Part shown: positions 27,215 to 27,647 of the stretch, piece after piece
Layout of the letters: each line of letters begins with the position of its first letter
Position numbering within the stretch: the first letter of the stretch is position 1
Notes under the pieces: generated by a model
What the model was told of the DNA's origin: nothing
The model's input: the letters and a program-made list of their open reading frames with translations, nothing else
Databases searched by the model: none
Virus record (IMG/VR): IMGVR_UViG_3300016464_000006
Location: 1 to 27,647 of that record
Source: a virus
Taxonomy: Duplodnaviria; Caudoviricetes
Length of the DNA stretch: 27,647 nt
Reading direction: 5' to 3' (one strand)
Made by a program: the position numbers and the translations under genes

Positions 27215-27645
27215 TAGATGAACTGCCTTTCCTGTTCGGCTAGTAAATTATCAATGTTGATAACTGTTCTCTTGCCACGCTCATAGCGGGACAAAAATGG
27301 ATTCTTCATATGGTGCGTAGTGTGAATACCTTGGTTGAGCCATTCACGTACTTTGATTTCACAGAACCACAGAGCCATCACCATATCGGTTTTGCCCTTG
27401 GTCGTCGGTGACCAAGTAATCAACTGCTCAATAAGGCTCTTGATATTTTCTGTCTGGTCAGATGGAAGATGAATCAGATTATCTCTGTGATGCTTTCCAT
27501 CAGGTTGTTTAGTTCCAAAGAGGGTGGACATAGAAGCCACACCAAAGCCTGCATCCCACTTGTTATTACCAGTGTGGTGCTCTCTTAGGATAGTTCCCTT
27601 GGAAGCGAGGAACTGCCTAATTCCCTCATCTTGCGTGAGAAAAGA
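27214..27645 (-). CDS. terL: Terminase large subunit, C-terminal nuclease part (starts beyond the right edge)
   Basis: Frame is open to the window edge (SFLTQDEGIRQF...HHTGNNKWD...GVASM...LIEQLITW.P...TDMVMALWF); upstream of the portal. Confidence 0.85.
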   Translation of the reverse strand, partial: SFLTQDEGIRQFLASKGTILREHHTGNNKWDAGFGVASMSTLFGTKQPDGKHHRDNLIHLPSDQTENIKSLIEQLITWSPTTKGKTDMVMALWFCEIKVREWLNQGIHTTHHMKNPFLSRYERGKRTVINIDNLLAEQERQFI

Positions 27646-27647
27646 TT

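Overview
This window is a contiguous piece of a tailed dsDNA phage genome. Its gene content and promoter signals resemble uncultured freshwater actinobacterial podo-like phages (host assignment is inference). A tightly coupled minus-strand late operon of about 25.6 kb runs right to left: terminase large subunit (partial), portal, three large putative internal virion proteins, scaffold, major capsid protein, a train of tiny mostly Lys-rich ORFs, a collagen-like fibre with GT25 and GT4 glycosyltransferases, tail proteins, a three-paralog tail-domain array interrupted by an HNH endonuclease, and a lysis cassette ending at an intrinsic terminator. At the left, a divergent control region with inverted GACAC boxes separates a proteasome-beta-like Ntn hydrolase plus a Cas4-like nuclease (minus strand) from a Zn-finger gene plus a PD-(D/E)XK nuclease (plus strand). 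The most notable observations are: (1) no TTAA, CATG or CCGG found in a by-eye scan of all 27.6 kb; (2) the paralog array with conserved DNA boxes, an HNH gene and a 10-codon coupling mini-ORF that resembles an HNH scar; (3) a collagen-glycosylation module; (4) a structured RNA leader before the scaffold gene; (5) a WhiA/WhiB-like divergent promoter. All annotations come from motif recognition, with no database searches.
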